Source: Candidatus Sungiibacteriota bacterium
GTDB taxonomy: Bacteria; Patescibacteriota; Minisyncoccia; Sungbacterales; HO2-52-23
Assembly: GCA_016186095.1 (NCBI GenBank)
Contig: JACPMG010000003.1
Span: forward strand, 1-52,199
Length of the DNA stretch: 52,199 nucleotides
Direction: 5' to 3'
The translations under genes and the position numbers were made by a program. Shown piece after piece: positions 25,361 to 35,040 of this stretch. Within the stretch, counting starts at the first letter, position 1. Each line of letters starts with the position of its first letter. Under the pieces are notes generated by a model that was given only the letters and a program-made list of their open reading frames with translations, had not been told where the DNA came from and searched no databases.

Positions 25361-27535
25361 ATGAACCATAAACACAACGCCCAATTTTATACCTGCCCGA
25401 TGCATCCTGAAATAAGACAGGATAAGCCGGGCATGTGTCATGAATGCGGGATGAGTTTGGTGCCTACAGATGCAATCGACGCGCATCATGAACATAAGGC
25501 ATCCACTGACGCACATGATAAGCATGCTGGCCACAGCACGAAAATGTTTTTGAAAAAATTTTGGGTGAGTTCAATCCTCACCATCCCGGTAGTGCTTTAC
25601 GCGGATGTTCTTCAAAAAATCTATGGATGGTCGCCGCCGGACTTTCCCGGATCGGCGTATTTGCCGCTCGTGTTTGGCTCGGTGGTGTTTTTTTACGGCG
25701 GCTGGGTATTTCTGGCAGGAGCATACCGGGAGCTCAAGGCCAGGCTTCCCGGCATGATGACGCTTATCGGTATTGCGATTTTGGCAGCTTACCTCTGGAG
25801 CGTGTACGCGGTATTTGCGGGCGCGGAGGCTTTATTTTGGGAGCTTACGACTTTGATTACCATTATGCTTCTTGGCCATTGGCTTGAGATGCGGGCGGTT
25901 TCAGCCAGCCAAGGAGCGCTCAAAGAACTTTCCAAACTTCTTCCGGATACCGCTGAGGTAATCCGTAACGGCAGAATAGAAACGGTCGCTCTTTCTGAGC
26001 TTAGGGAAAAAGACGTGGTGTTTGTGCGACCGGGAGCTAAAATTCCTGCCGATGGAGTTGTTATGGAAGGTAAAGCGGAAGTGAATGAAGCTATGGTCAC
26101 GGGCGAATCCGCGCCGGTCGCCAAAATGACCAATAGCGCGGTTATCGCAGGCACCATAAATGGTGACGGGGCGCTTAGGATTCGCGTCAGCAGCATCGGC
26201 GAAAAAACATTTCTTGCCGGCGTAATGCGCTTGGTGGCCGAGGCGCAGGCCTCCAAGTCGCGGCTTCAAATTCTTTCAGACCGGGCGGCTTTTTACTTGA
26301 CTATCGTTGCCGTGGCCGGAGGACTCATCACTTTAATAGCTTGGCTCCTGGTCGGTGCTGAAATCGGTTTTGCCGTGGCGCGGCTTGTGGCGGTCCTCGT
26401 CATCGCCTGTCCGCACGCCCTGGGTCTTGCGGTTCCGCTCGTGGCTTCTATTTCAACCACACTTGCGGCTCGTCACGGATTTCTCGTCAAGCAGAGGTTG
26501 GCGCTGGAAGCGGCGCGAAGCACCAATATCGTTCTTTTTGATAAAACCGGAACTCTGACCCGCGGTGAATACGGCGTGACAAATATATGGCCGGTAAAAG
26601 TAGATGAGGAAGAGCTATTTCGGGTGGCCGCGTCAGTTGACATGCATTCCGAACATTTCATTTCCAAGGCCATTGTGAAAAAAGCGGAAGAGGGCGGCGT
26701 TAAAATGGCAGAAGTCAAGGATTTCGCGCGTCTTCCCGGCAAAGGGGTAAGGGGGAGTATAAACGGCGTGGTTATATTTGTCGGCGGGCAGGCGATTTTG
26801 GACGATCTTCAAGTTATGCTGCCCGGGCCGCTTAGAAGCGAGACGGAGGAAGAAAGTAAAAAAGGAAAAACTATTATTTATGTAATTGCGGAGAAAGAAC
26901 TATTGGGTATTTTCGCTCTCGCCGATCTTATAAGAGAGGAGTCGCGCGAAGCAATTCAGGGTTTGAAGGCAATGGGCGTAAAAATTGCGATGGTCACTGG
27001 TGATTCGGAAGGCGTGGCCTCGTGGGTTGCCGGGGAACTGGGCATTGATGAATATTTCGCGAGAGTCCTGCCGCACCAGAAATCGGAAATCGTAAAACGA
27101 TTACAAGAAGGAAAAGCTCCGACGCTCACGGAAGAGAGGTCGGAGTCCCGACCGACTGAAAGTCGCGTCGGGAGAAATAAAGTCGCCATGGTGGGTGATG
27201 GCATTAATGACGCTCCGGCGCTCACCCAAGCAGACCTTGGTATCGCTATAGGCGCGGGCACAAATGTCGCGATTGAATCAGCAGGCATTATTCTTGTCCG
27301 CAATGATCCGCGCGATATTGTGAAAATCATCAAATTATCGCGTCTCACCTATACCAAAATGATTCAAAATCTTTTCTGGGCTACGGGATATAATGTTGTT
27401 GCTCTGCCGCTTGCCGCAGGCGTATTGGTATCAGAAGGAATTCTGCTTCAGCCGGCCCTGGCCGCACTCTTTATGTCTCTTTCCACTATCATTGTCGCAA
27501 TAAACGCGGTGCTTCTCCGAAATAAAGCATTATAG
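25361..27535 (+). CDS. copB: Copper-translocating P1B-type ATPase (CopB-like)
   Basis: YTCPMHP metal-binding domain, His-rich linker, TGES, CPH, DKTGT, GDGIND, YN, MSLST. Confidence 0.9.
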   Translation: MNHKHNAQFYTCPMHPEIRQDKPGMCHECGMSLVPTDAIDAHHEHKASTDAHDKHAGHSTKMFLKKFWVSSILTIPVVLYADVLQKIYGWSPPDFPGSAYLPLVFGSVVFFYGGWVFLAGAYRELKARLPGMMTLIGIAILAAYLWSVYAVFAGAEALFWELTTLITIMLLGHWLEMRAVSASQGALKELSKLLPDTAEVIRNGRIETVALSELREKDVVFVRPGAKIPADGVVMEGKAEVNEAMVTGESAPVAKMTNSAVIAGTINGDGALRIRVSSIGEKTFLAGVMRLVAEAQASKSRLQILSDRAAFYLTIVAVAGGLITLIAWLLVGAEIGFAVARLVAVLVIACPHALGLAVPLVASISTTLAARHGFLVKQRLALEAARSTNIVLFDKTGTLTRGEYGVTNIWPVKVDEEELFRVAASVDMHSEHFISKAIVKKAEEGGVKMAEVKDFARLPGKGVRGSINGVVIFVGGQAILDDLQVMLPGPLRSETEEESKKGKTIIYVIAEKELLGIFALADLIREESREAIQGLKAMGVKIAMVTGDSEGVASWVAGELGIDEYFARVLPHQKSEIVKRLQEGKAPTLTEERSESRPTESRVGRNKVAMVGDGINDAPALTQADLGIAIGAGTNVAIESAGIILVRNDPRDIVKIIKLSRLTYTKMIQNLFWATGYNVVALPLAAGVLVSEGILLQPALAALFMSLSTIIVAINAVLLRNKAL
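27116..27173. repeat. CCGAC/GTCGG double-hairpin element, in-frame
   Basis: ctccgac...gtcggag, then tcccgac-cgact-gaa-agtcg-c-gtcggga. Confidence 0.85.
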
Positions 27536-27646
27536 TGCGGCATGGCCGGATCGCATCTTTAACGGTAAAATAAAAGTTGAGACATGAATTTAATTTATGG
27601 GTCGGTCTAGTCAGCCGGTCCCGCCGTAATAGACGAAATAAACGTT

Positions 27647-28030
27647 ATGAATAACATAAAACTTATTGAGTGGGTATTGCGAGTCGCAGTCGCCGGAGAG
27701 TTTATCGGCCATGGAGTTTTTGCTCTGCAGGCCAAAAAGGATTGGGTCGGATGGTTTGCCAAATTTGGGGTTGCGAGTCCCGATACGGCAACTCAAATTT
27801 TGTTTGTTATCGGACTTGCGGATATAGCGCTGGCGATTCTGGTGCTTGTTAAGCCGATCCGCGTAGCGCTGCTTTGGATGGTGCTTTGGGGTTTTTGGAC
27901 CGCGCTCTTGCGCCCGATAGTAGGCATGCCAGTCTGGGATTTTGTGGAGCGTTGGGCCAATTGGGGAGCGCCCTTGGCACTGCTTCTTCTGATCGGCTGG
28001 CCCCGGACCTTAAAAGAATGGTGGAGATAA
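27647..28030 (+). CDS. DoxX-like membrane protein
   Basis: LRVAVAGEFIGHG...ERWANWGAPLALL; multi-TM. Confidence 0.7.
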   Translation: MNNIKLIEWVLRVAVAGEFIGHGVFALQAKKDWVGWFAKFGVASPDTATQILFVIGLADIALAILVLVKPIRVALLWMVLWGFWTALLRPIVGMPVWDFVERWANWGAPLALLLLIGWPRTLKEWWR

Positions 28031-28031
28031 T

Positions 28032-28793
28032 ATGTTTGAACTCAAAAACAAAGTTGCTTTGGTGACTGGCGGGCGGCGTGGCATGGGTAGAACTCATGCG
28101 CTTGCCTTAGCGGCTCAAGGCGCCAAGATTATAGTGACCGACATTGATGCTCATGAGTGTCTTCCGGTTATTGAGGAGATAAAATCTAAAGGCGGCGAAG
28201 CGGTGTGTTTCAAAATGGACGTGTCCAGTCAGATTGAAGTGAACCTGGTGTTCGATGAGGCGGTAAAACAGTTCGGCCGTCTGGATATTCTGGTAAATAA
28301 CGCCGGCATCTATTTTTCTAAGCCCGCACTGGAGATTACCGAAGGGGATTGGGATAAAATGATTGATATTGATTTAAAAGGCGTATTTTTGTGCGCGCAA
28401 AGAGCCGCCAAAGAGATGGCAAAAAATAAATGGGGGCGGATTATCAATATCGCCTCTGTAGCTTCGGGTGGAGCCGGCGTGGGCATTGCCGGCGGAGCGC
28501 ACTACACCGCGGCCAAAGGCGGCATCATTGGGTTGACAGAAACATTGGCAGTTGAATGGGCGTCTTTGGGGATTAACGTTAATGCCATAGCTCCCGGAGC
28601 GATTGATACGCCGATGGTCCAAGCGGCGCAGATGCCGAAAGCAGCAATGGATGCAATGCTTCAGCGGATTCCGTTGAAAAGAATCGGTAGACCGGAGGAG
28701 GTATCGGCCATGGTTATCTTTTTGGCTTCGGAAGAAGCGAGCTATGTGACCGGCGCCACATTTTATGTGGATGGCGGCTGGCTTGCCCAGTAA
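28032..28793 (+). CDS. SDR-family oxidoreductase (FabG-like)
   Basis: TGGRRGMG, NNAG, YTAAK, NAIAPG, VDGG. Confidence 0.93.
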   Translation: MFELKNKVALVTGGRRGMGRTHALALAAQGAKIIVTDIDAHECLPVIEEIKSKGGEAVCFKMDVSSQIEVNLVFDEAVKQFGRLDILVNNAGIYFSKPALEITEGDWDKMIDIDLKGVFLCAQRAAKEMAKNKWGRIINIASVASGGAGVGIAGGAHYTAAKGGIIGLTETLAVEWASLGINVNAIAPGAIDTPMVQAAQMPKAAMDAMLQRIPLKRIGRPEEVSAMVIFLASEEASYVTGATFYVDGGWLAQ

Positions 28794-28868
28794 TACAATT
28801 TCGGCAACTTATGTTTTGTACCGGCCGCAGTCGGGGCGGCCTGGCGACACAGGTTTAAATAACAGCGC

Positions 28869-29378
28869 ATGAACTTTGAGTCAAGATACATTTCGGCCGC
28901 GTATTTTCGGAATTTTGTATTTGGCGTGGAGGACAGCTTGGTATCTACGGTGGGATTGCTTTCAGGTATTGCGATAGCCGGGATGGATCCCAGGGCAATA
29001 TTCATTACCGGAACTGTTCTCGTGTTTGTGGAAGCGTTCTCCATGGCCGCCGGCAGTTTTCTTTCCGAGCGCTCGGCCGTAGAGTATATGCGTCAGGGCG
29101 AGGCCTCTTTTAAGCATCCGTTTCTCGGCGGGATCGTGATGTTTTTTTCCTACTTTGTATCAGGTTTCATCCCGCTTTTCCCTTATTTGGTTTTTCCTGT
29201 AGCTATGGCTTTTTGGGTATCGGTTGTCTTGTCGTTGGCAGCGCTTTTTGGGTTGGGAGTTATTGGGGCAAGGATTTCTGATATTAGCGTAGTCCGTAGC
29301 GGCTTGAGGATGTTAATAATCGGTGGCGTTGCTATCGCCTTGGGTATTACCGTCGGAAGTTTGATCAAAGTGATATGA
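28869..29378 (+). CDS. VIT1/CCC1-family metal transporter
   Basis: RNFVFGVEDSLVST, AFSMAAGSFLS, IPLFPY. Confidence 0.9.
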   Translation: MNFESRYISAAYFRNFVFGVEDSLVSTVGLLSGIAIAGMDPRAIFITGTVLVFVEAFSMAAGSFLSERSAVEYMRQGEASFKHPFLGGIVMFFSYFVSGFIPLFPYLVFPVAMAFWVSVVLSLAALFGLGVIGARISDISVVRSGLRMLIIGGVAIALGITVGSLIKVI

Positions 29379-30634
29379 CCCCGGACATAAAAAAAGTTTT
29401 GATTGTTGGCGCGGGTTTTGGCGGTCTGTCCGCCGCTTTGGTTTTGGAAAAACAAAAACCGGAGAATCTCAAGATAATACTGGTCTCGGATAAGCCTCAC
29501 TTTGAATACACCCCCGCGCTTTACAGGGTGGTTACCGGCCGCTCGCCTCTGGAGGTTTGCATTCCTGTCAGAGAGATAGTGCGCGGCAGAAATATTGAAT
29601 TTTCCATTGATAAAATTGTAGGCGTTGACGTCGGCCAAAAAATAGCCAAAGGGTCTTCCGGAAGCCGTTACCAGTTTGATTACCTTATTTTGGCTTTGGG
29701 CTCGGAGGCATCTTATTTCGGTATACCGGGACTTGAGCAATTTTCTTTAGGGTTTAAATCTATTCCCGAGGCGCTGAAATTAAAGCGGCACCTGCACCGG
29801 CTTTTTGAGGATTGCGTGAACCCCGTGGGGAAGCCTGATGAAAAAATCTGTTTATTGCATTTGGTAGTGGTGGGAGCGGGTGCCAGCGGGGTTGAGCTTG
29901 CGGGGGAGCTTGCCGTCTATACCAAAAAACTTGCCAGTCAACATAAAGTCGATCCGGCTCTCATAACTATTGACTTGGTTGAGGCCGCGCCGAGGATTTT
30001 GCCTATGTTTGCTGAAGTCGTATCGGCCAGGGTGGCGGATCGTCTAAGGCATTTGGGTATAAATATATATGTAAATCGTCCCATGGTAAAAGAAGACATC
30101 GAAGGCATTCAGGTGCAGGGGATGAGTGTGAAAACCAAGACGGTAATCTGGACCGCGGGCGTTAAGCCCAACTCATTTTATCAAGAAGCAAAGATTTTTG
30201 AATATGACCAGAAAGGCCGCGTGATTGTTGACGAATATTTGCAGGCCAAGGGTTTGAAAAACATTTTTGTGATGGGGGACGGCGCTTCAACTAAATATTC
30301 GGGCCTGGCGCAAACCGCGATCTCTGACGGTAAATTAGTCGCGCAAAATATAATTCGTATGCTGGGAAGTAGGCCGCTTATTCGGCAGCAGGAGCGGAAA
30401 CCTTATTATGTTGTCCCGGCAGGCCCTGGCTGGGCCGTGGCGATTCTTGGCCGGGTTACGATTTACGGAGCGGTAGGTTGGTTTGTCCGGCGAGCCGCCG
30501 ATTTTCGTTATTTCCTTTCCATTCTTTCCTTGGGCAAGGCCCTAACCGTTTTTCGCAACGGCAGGACTCTATGTGAGGCGTGTTCTATCTGCCTTCCCCA
30601 GTACAACGGCGATGGATTCGGCAAGAAAATATAA
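29375..30634 (+). CDS. NDH-2-family FAD/NAD(P)H oxidoreductase
   Basis: IVGAGFGG, YLILALGS, VVGAGASGVELAGE, WTAG, GD. Confidence 0.88.
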   Translation: MTPDIKKVLIVGAGFGGLSAALVLEKQKPENLKIILVSDKPHFEYTPALYRVVTGRSPLEVCIPVREIVRGRNIEFSIDKIVGVDVGQKIAKGSSGSRYQFDYLILALGSEASYFGIPGLEQFSLGFKSIPEALKLKRHLHRLFEDCVNPVGKPDEKICLLHLVVVGAGASGVELAGELAVYTKKLASQHKVDPALITIDLVEAAPRILPMFAEVVSARVADRLRHLGINIYVNRPMVKEDIEGIQVQGMSVKTKTVIWTAGVKPNSFYQEAKIFEYDQKGRVIVDEYLQAKGLKNIFVMGDGASTKYSGLAQTAISDGKLVAQNIIRMLGSRPLIRQQERKPYYVVPAGPGWAVAILGRVTIYGAVGWFVRRAADFRYFLSILSLGKALTVFRNGRTLCEACSICLPQYNGDGFGKKI

Positions 30635-30640
30635 TTGACG

Positions 30641-30679
30641 GATAACAAAACTCCGGTTCTAAGCCGGAGTTTTGTTATC
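30641..30679. terminator. Bidirectional terminator
   Basis: gataacaaaactccggtt/agccggagttttgttatc between converging genes. Confidence 0.75.
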
Positions 30680-31175
30680 AGCGAATAAGAGTTCCGATGC
30701 GTATGATGATCGCGGCCAAGGCATTGGTTACGACATTTTTGTACGTCCCGCTTAAGTTATAATCGTCGGAGAGGTAAGTGAGGATGGTGGCTACCGCGAA
30801 AAATATAAGCCAAGTTGCGGTAAACAATTCTCCCCAATGTTTGGGCGGTTCTTTGCCGCGGCGGCGCTCCAGTTCTTTGACTACCACGTATACTCCCAGC
30901 GCCCCGAGGTAGGGTTCCGATAAAGTGTCTATGATATAAGGAAAGGATTTTGGAACTTGTTTCGACAGGAAGAAGGTAATGATGGAAAGACCGAGATAAA
31001 GATAGGTAAAGGTACTTAAGAGATAGTAGAGAAGTGTTAAGAAATTCTTGTAGAGATACTCTTTTACGGCACGACGCAAAACCGCGAAGATATTTTCCTC
31101 CTTTTGAGCCGTGCTTTGATTTTCTTCTCCGGGTATATTTCTCCCGAAAAAGAGTAAGTGTGTCCACCAGGCCAT
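30678..31175 (-). CDS. Hypothetical membrane protein
   Basis: About four TM segments; start at MAWW is uncertain. Confidence 0.7.
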   Translation of the reverse strand: MAWWTHLLFFGRNIPGEENQSTAQKEENIFAVLRRAVKEYLYKNFLTLLYYLLSTFTYLYLGLSIITFFLSKQVPKSFPYIIDTLSEPYLGALGVYVVVKELERRRGKEPPKHWGELFTATWLIFFAVATILTYLSDDYNLSGTYKNVVTNALAAIIIRIGTLIR

Positions 31176-31456
31176 ACGTCGATCCCCTGCAAACGGATCG
31201 AAGCATGACTTGGGAAGCCAGACTTCCCTTGGTTTTTGCACGGCTTACCGAGAACTTTTCCACATCTTGTTGACAAAATCCTCTCTTTTTGGCGAAAGAG
31301 AGGATGGAAAAGTGCTTGACGGGTTTTCAAACGGCCCTTTTTTCTAGGTACGGGATTGCGGAAAACTATTTATCTATGCGGTATTTTATCCCTCTTATAC
31401 CATTATAACATTTGTCATATCTTTTTGGTATCTATGAAGTATGATATCATGGAGTT

Positions 31457-31861
31457 ATGAGTTTTCTCCAAAAAATTAAACCGGAATGGCCGCTGCGTTT
31501 GGGTTTAGGGCTTATGTATATTTATTCCGGTTTCAGCTTATTTTCCGAGCCGATCTATTGGGTCGGGTTTGTTCCCGGATGGTTTGACGGTCTTATCGCC
31601 AACATCATGCCCGTAGAATTATTTTTGCGTGTGCAGGGCGTTGGCGAATTTTTTGTCGGCTTGCTGTTTCTTGCCTGGTTCGGAGGAATCTGGGGTACGC
31701 GCATAGCTTCAATTCTGTCTTCACTATCGCTTGCCGCGATTATAGTTTTTGTCGGCGTGGATTTGGTTACTTTTCGCGATGTCGGACTTCTGGGAGCGGC
31801 CGTGGCCCTTTTGGTCATTTCTTGGAGCAGAAATTCGCTAGTCGGGAAAGAAGTAGTATAG
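31457..31861 (+). CDS. DoxX-family membrane protein
   Basis: LRLGLGLMYIYSG, GEFFVG, RDVGLLG. Confidence 0.8.
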   Translation: MSFLQKIKPEWPLRLGLGLMYIYSGFSLFSEPIYWVGFVPGWFDGLIANIMPVELFLRVQGVGEFFVGLLFLAWFGGIWGTRIASILSSLSLAAIIVFVGVDLVTFRDVGLLGAAVALLVISWSRNSLVGKEVV

Positions 31862-31871
31862 AAAAATATTT

Positions 31872-31894
31872 GCAGCCCCCGGAAGGGGGGCTGC
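31872..31894. terminator. Hairpin between converging genes
   Basis: gcagccccc/gggggctgc 9-bp stem. Confidence 0.6.
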
Positions 31895-31918
31895 TTTGGT
31901 TCCATATTTTGTTATATT

Positions 31919-32524
31919 TTATTTCCCTCCGCCATCGCTCGGCCCGGCCGTTCCGGGAACAGCGCTGATATCCTCTACCGGCGGCGCTGGCGGCGGAGCA
32001 GGAGGCGGGGCCGGCTCTGAAAGCGCGCCAACAACAGCAGAAACGGCAAATGCCACAACAGCGATTACTGCTCCAACTACCGTAGCCATTCCTATTGCGG
32101 TAGCCGCAATGCCAAGAGCGGTCCCCACGACACTTATACCCATTTGTGCTTTTCCGGTGTTGGTAGATGTGTCCGGAGCAGGTGTTCCCACAACACCGCC
32201 CAGACCGACTGCGTGCGCCCCGGCATTGGCAACCGAATTTTGAGCTGCAGTGGAGACGCCGTTCACAGCCGCCGCTCCAACGCCCGTTGACCGGCCGTCA
32301 GCACTTCCTCCGTTTTGCGCCCCAGCCTGGCCTCCGTCTTGTTCAGATCCGGAAGGCGATGTCGCGCCAGGAGATGTTTCGCTAAAACCCGGCTGGCTCT
32401 GTGCCGAAACGATATTAACATGATTTCCGGCAAGCGGGAGAACGCTTAAGAGAATCGCCAGAATAATAGCAATCCATTGTTTAGGAAAGTAAAAATTGTT
32501 GAACCAAAAGTTATTCCTCCGCAT
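31919..32524 (-). CDS. Secreted or membrane Gly/Ala-rich protein
   Basis: Signal-like N-terminus, low-complexity linker, long hydrophobic Ala/Val/Gly segment, Pro-rich tail; start uncertain. Confidence 0.65.
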   Translation of the reverse strand: MRRNNFWFNNFYFPKQWIAIILAILLSVLPLAGNHVNIVSAQSQPGFSETSPGATSPSGSEQDGGQAGAQNGGSADGRSTGVGAAAVNGVSTAAQNSVANAGAHAVGLGGVVGTPAPDTSTNTGKAQMGISVVGTALGIAATAIGMATVVGAVIAVVAFAVSAVVGALSEPAPPPAPPPAPPVEDISAVPGTAGPSDGGGK

Positions 32525-32696
32525 AGGGGTCTTTTTTCTTATAGCCAGGTTCAAAAACTTTGAGGGAAGGACGCTTGTATTCTTGCTTGGGTTTTTCCGG
32601 GCCTTGGCCGCTGGCATAAAACCAAATCTTCCGGAGTGCTACTCCGACCAGCGGTGGTCCGAGGATAGAGACGGCGATAATAATGGCTTGGCTCAT
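32511..32696 (-). CDS. Small single-TM protein
   Basis: 61 aa; fits between two same-strand genes. Confidence 0.5.
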   Translation of the reverse strand: MSQAIIIAVSILGPPLVGVALRKIWFYASGQGPEKPKQEYKRPSLKVFEPGYKKKDPYAEE

Positions 32697-32711
32697 GGGA
32701 AGTAAGTTAAT

Positions 32712-34940
32712 TTATTCCGGTTTTATTTCTTTGAAGCCCGGAGGTCTTCTGACCTCTACTGTTTTCTGGGCGGAAACGGAATTGTGATTTTCATCGGTGC
32801 AGGTAAGCGTAAAAGTCACGGTTTTCAGAAAAATAATATTGACGCTTCCCGAAGTCGGTATGTTGCCGATGCCGTTATCCACTTCGCAGGATTGGGCGTT
32901 TTGCGCGCTCCAGGAGATAGTTATCGTGTCGCCCGGATTAAGCGGATTGGTGATGTTGAACGAAGATATGTGGAGATTGCCGATGCTTCCGCCGCTGCTC
33001 TCGGATGTGCCGAATATGCGAATTTCTCTGGCCGCCGGAGCCGAAGACACGGAATCTCGGCTTGTCTTATCTCCGCGTTTACATACTATACTATACACCT
33101 CATTGCCTGTTTGCGGTATGACGGTTTCTTCCCCCGAAGTTATTTTGTTTCCGTTCCAGCTGCCTTCAGCAGTACAGGAGAGCGCGTATTCCGAGGCCCA
33201 GGAAAGTTTTATCGGCGTTCCAGTTCTAAATACCAGTCCGCCGTCTTTGCCGTCGGCTTTTATATCCACTTTCGGGAGAGGAAGGGATGGGGTGGTGAAT
33301 TCTGTTTTCACCAAATTGCCCGGACTGCCGCAACCGGAGCAGACGGGCCGGTATTCCCGCCTTCGGCGTCCTCCGGCGATCTGGATACAGGTTGCATAAT
33401 TGATTTCTCCGATGAATTCTTTTTCATAGGGCAGGCTATACGTAGCTTCATACTCTCCCCGGGTACAGGCGATTCCTGCCGTGCCGGAGATGACCGGATA
33501 TTTTTGTCCGGTTGTTTTATCTTTTATCTCAACACTTTCCGCCACTCCCTGCGGAGCGTCTCCTTTCCAGCGGATCGTGGTTTTGACCAGTGATGAGGGG
33601 TTTTGGAGGAATTCTTCCGGCGTAGGAACTCCGGCATAAGTGATTTTTACGAATTTTACGTCGCGGGAAGTACGGATTTCCTGGCTTTCGGTTTTTTCTT
33701 TAGTGCAGGTGCCAAAAATATAGTCATAATTTCCATCGCAAGTAAGACTGAAGAGCGCTGTTCCTGCTTGATTTGCTAAGAGTGGGATCCCCACGATAGC
33801 TAAGCTGACGATTGCTACTGCCGTCCAGGATACCATTAACGCTCCCCCTAACGCTCCGGCGGCTGCAGTAATGCATCCCACCCCATAGGTTACCGCGCAG
33901 AAAGCAGCCGTTGCGATGATGCTGAAAACCGTGCCAAAAACGGCCCCGCCTCCCGCCTGAACGGGAATCGGGAAAAAGGCGAAACTAGAAACAAACGCGA
34001 TTAAAATAAAGACGGAAGTTATTTTAAGAAAGGCAGGCGACATGTTGAAAAAATTCAGGCCTCGACTATCGTTTACGACGCGCTCTGTTATTTCTTCTTT
34101 TCCTAATGCCCTCAAGTCTTTCCAAGCGAGCAGGCGGTATAGGTGATATACGGCTAAGTCGTAAAAACTTGCCACCATGACCCAGGGTATTGAGTAAAGA
34201 AATATACGCAGCATTGATTCACCGCGTAGGGAAAGATCGGTTAAAAGGTTTAGTTTTATAGTGAAAACAAGCCGCATGAGAATATAATAGGCGGCTCCGG
34301 CAACGGCGAAGGAAATAAGCAGATAACCCGCGATCAGAAACCAGTGCGGATGGATACGCCGTACGCTCTCCCGCAGGGATTTCAGAATGCTCTTTCCTTC
34401 AAGGAGAAGAATAAATGGGCCGTTGGCAAACGCCACCAAAAGATATATTCCGGGTAGGCCAAAGATTAAGGCAAGCGGAATTAAAAAAAGATTGTCAGCG
34501 ATAAGGCCCGGGAAGTAAGAACTGGCCAGCATCAGCAGGGGAGCGGTGAAAACGAGGAAACCGGCAAAAGTCAGGACGCTCGCGACGATGATATACCCCA
34601 GATAGACGGGGAGTTTTTTTAACCCGGCGACAAATGACTGGCGAAGTGATGTTCCCCCGAAAGAAAGATAAAGCGACGCAAAACCCCAAAGATGCAATAA
34701 AATTATGGCGCCAAGCGGCAGGAAAAGCGCGGGGGAGGATAAGAATTCCTGCTGGAGGGCACTGCCAAAAATCGCCTGGGAATAGTCAAGGTATTTGAGC
34801 GAATCAAGGCTTTCCAGTAGAACTTGCCTCGATAACTCAACCGATACCGTCGCTACGTAAAGAATTGTCCAAAAGATCCAAAATCGTTTGGCATAATCAG
34901 CCCATAATTCTTTGCAAAACTCTTTAAATGAGATGCTCAT
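32712..34940 (-). CDS. Multi-TM N-terminal domain fused to an extracellular region with Ig/PKD-like repeats
   Basis: 742 aa; two LSW(A/S)...SC...C beta-sandwich repeats; ends FKEIKPE. Confidence 0.8.
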   Translation of the reverse strand: MSISFKEFCKELWADYAKRFWIFWTILYVATVSVELSRQVLLESLDSLKYLDYSQAIFGSALQQEFLSSPALFLPLGAIILLHLWGFASLYLSFGGTSLRQSFVAGLKKLPVYLGYIIVASVLTFAGFLVFTAPLLMLASSYFPGLIADNLFLIPLALIFGLPGIYLLVAFANGPFILLLEGKSILKSLRESVRRIHPHWFLIAGYLLISFAVAGAAYYILMRLVFTIKLNLLTDLSLRGESMLRIFLYSIPWVMVASFYDLAVYHLYRLLAWKDLRALGKEEITERVVNDSRGLNFFNMSPAFLKITSVFILIAFVSSFAFFPIPVQAGGGAVFGTVFSIIATAAFCAVTYGVGCITAAAGALGGALMVSWTAVAIVSLAIVGIPLLANQAGTALFSLTCDGNYDYIFGTCTKEKTESQEIRTSRDVKFVKITYAGVPTPEEFLQNPSSLVKTTIRWKGDAPQGVAESVEIKDKTTGQKYPVISGTAGIACTRGEYEATYSLPYEKEFIGEINYATCIQIAGGRRRREYRPVCSGCGSPGNLVKTEFTTPSLPLPKVDIKADGKDGGLVFRTGTPIKLSWASEYALSCTAEGSWNGNKITSGEETVIPQTGNEVYSIVCKRGDKTSRDSVSSAPAAREIRIFGTSESSGGSIGNLHISSFNITNPLNPGDTITISWSAQNAQSCEVDNGIGNIPTSGSVNIIFLKTVTFTLTCTDENHNSVSAQKTVEVRRPPGFKEIKPE

Positions 34941-34984
34941 TTGACTTTAATATACCATGCCGTGCGTTTTTATCCAAATTCGGC

Positions 34985-34993
34985 TTATCCACA
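34985..34993 (+). promoter_or_regulatory. Consensus DnaA box in a divergent intergenic region
   Basis: TTATCCACA, with a near-match ttatccaaa just upstream. Confidence 0.4.
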
Positions 34994-35040
34994 TAGGCCT
35001 CTGGATTTATGGGGGCTGGTCGGATTATAATATAGAGCAT

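Noticed and set aside
32784..33593. Long plus-strand ORFs (269 and 200 aa)
   Set aside because: Antisense shadows of the 742-aa gene.
20368..34993. Replication origin
   Set aside because: DnaA boxes are isolated, not clustered, and dnaA/dnaN are absent from the window.
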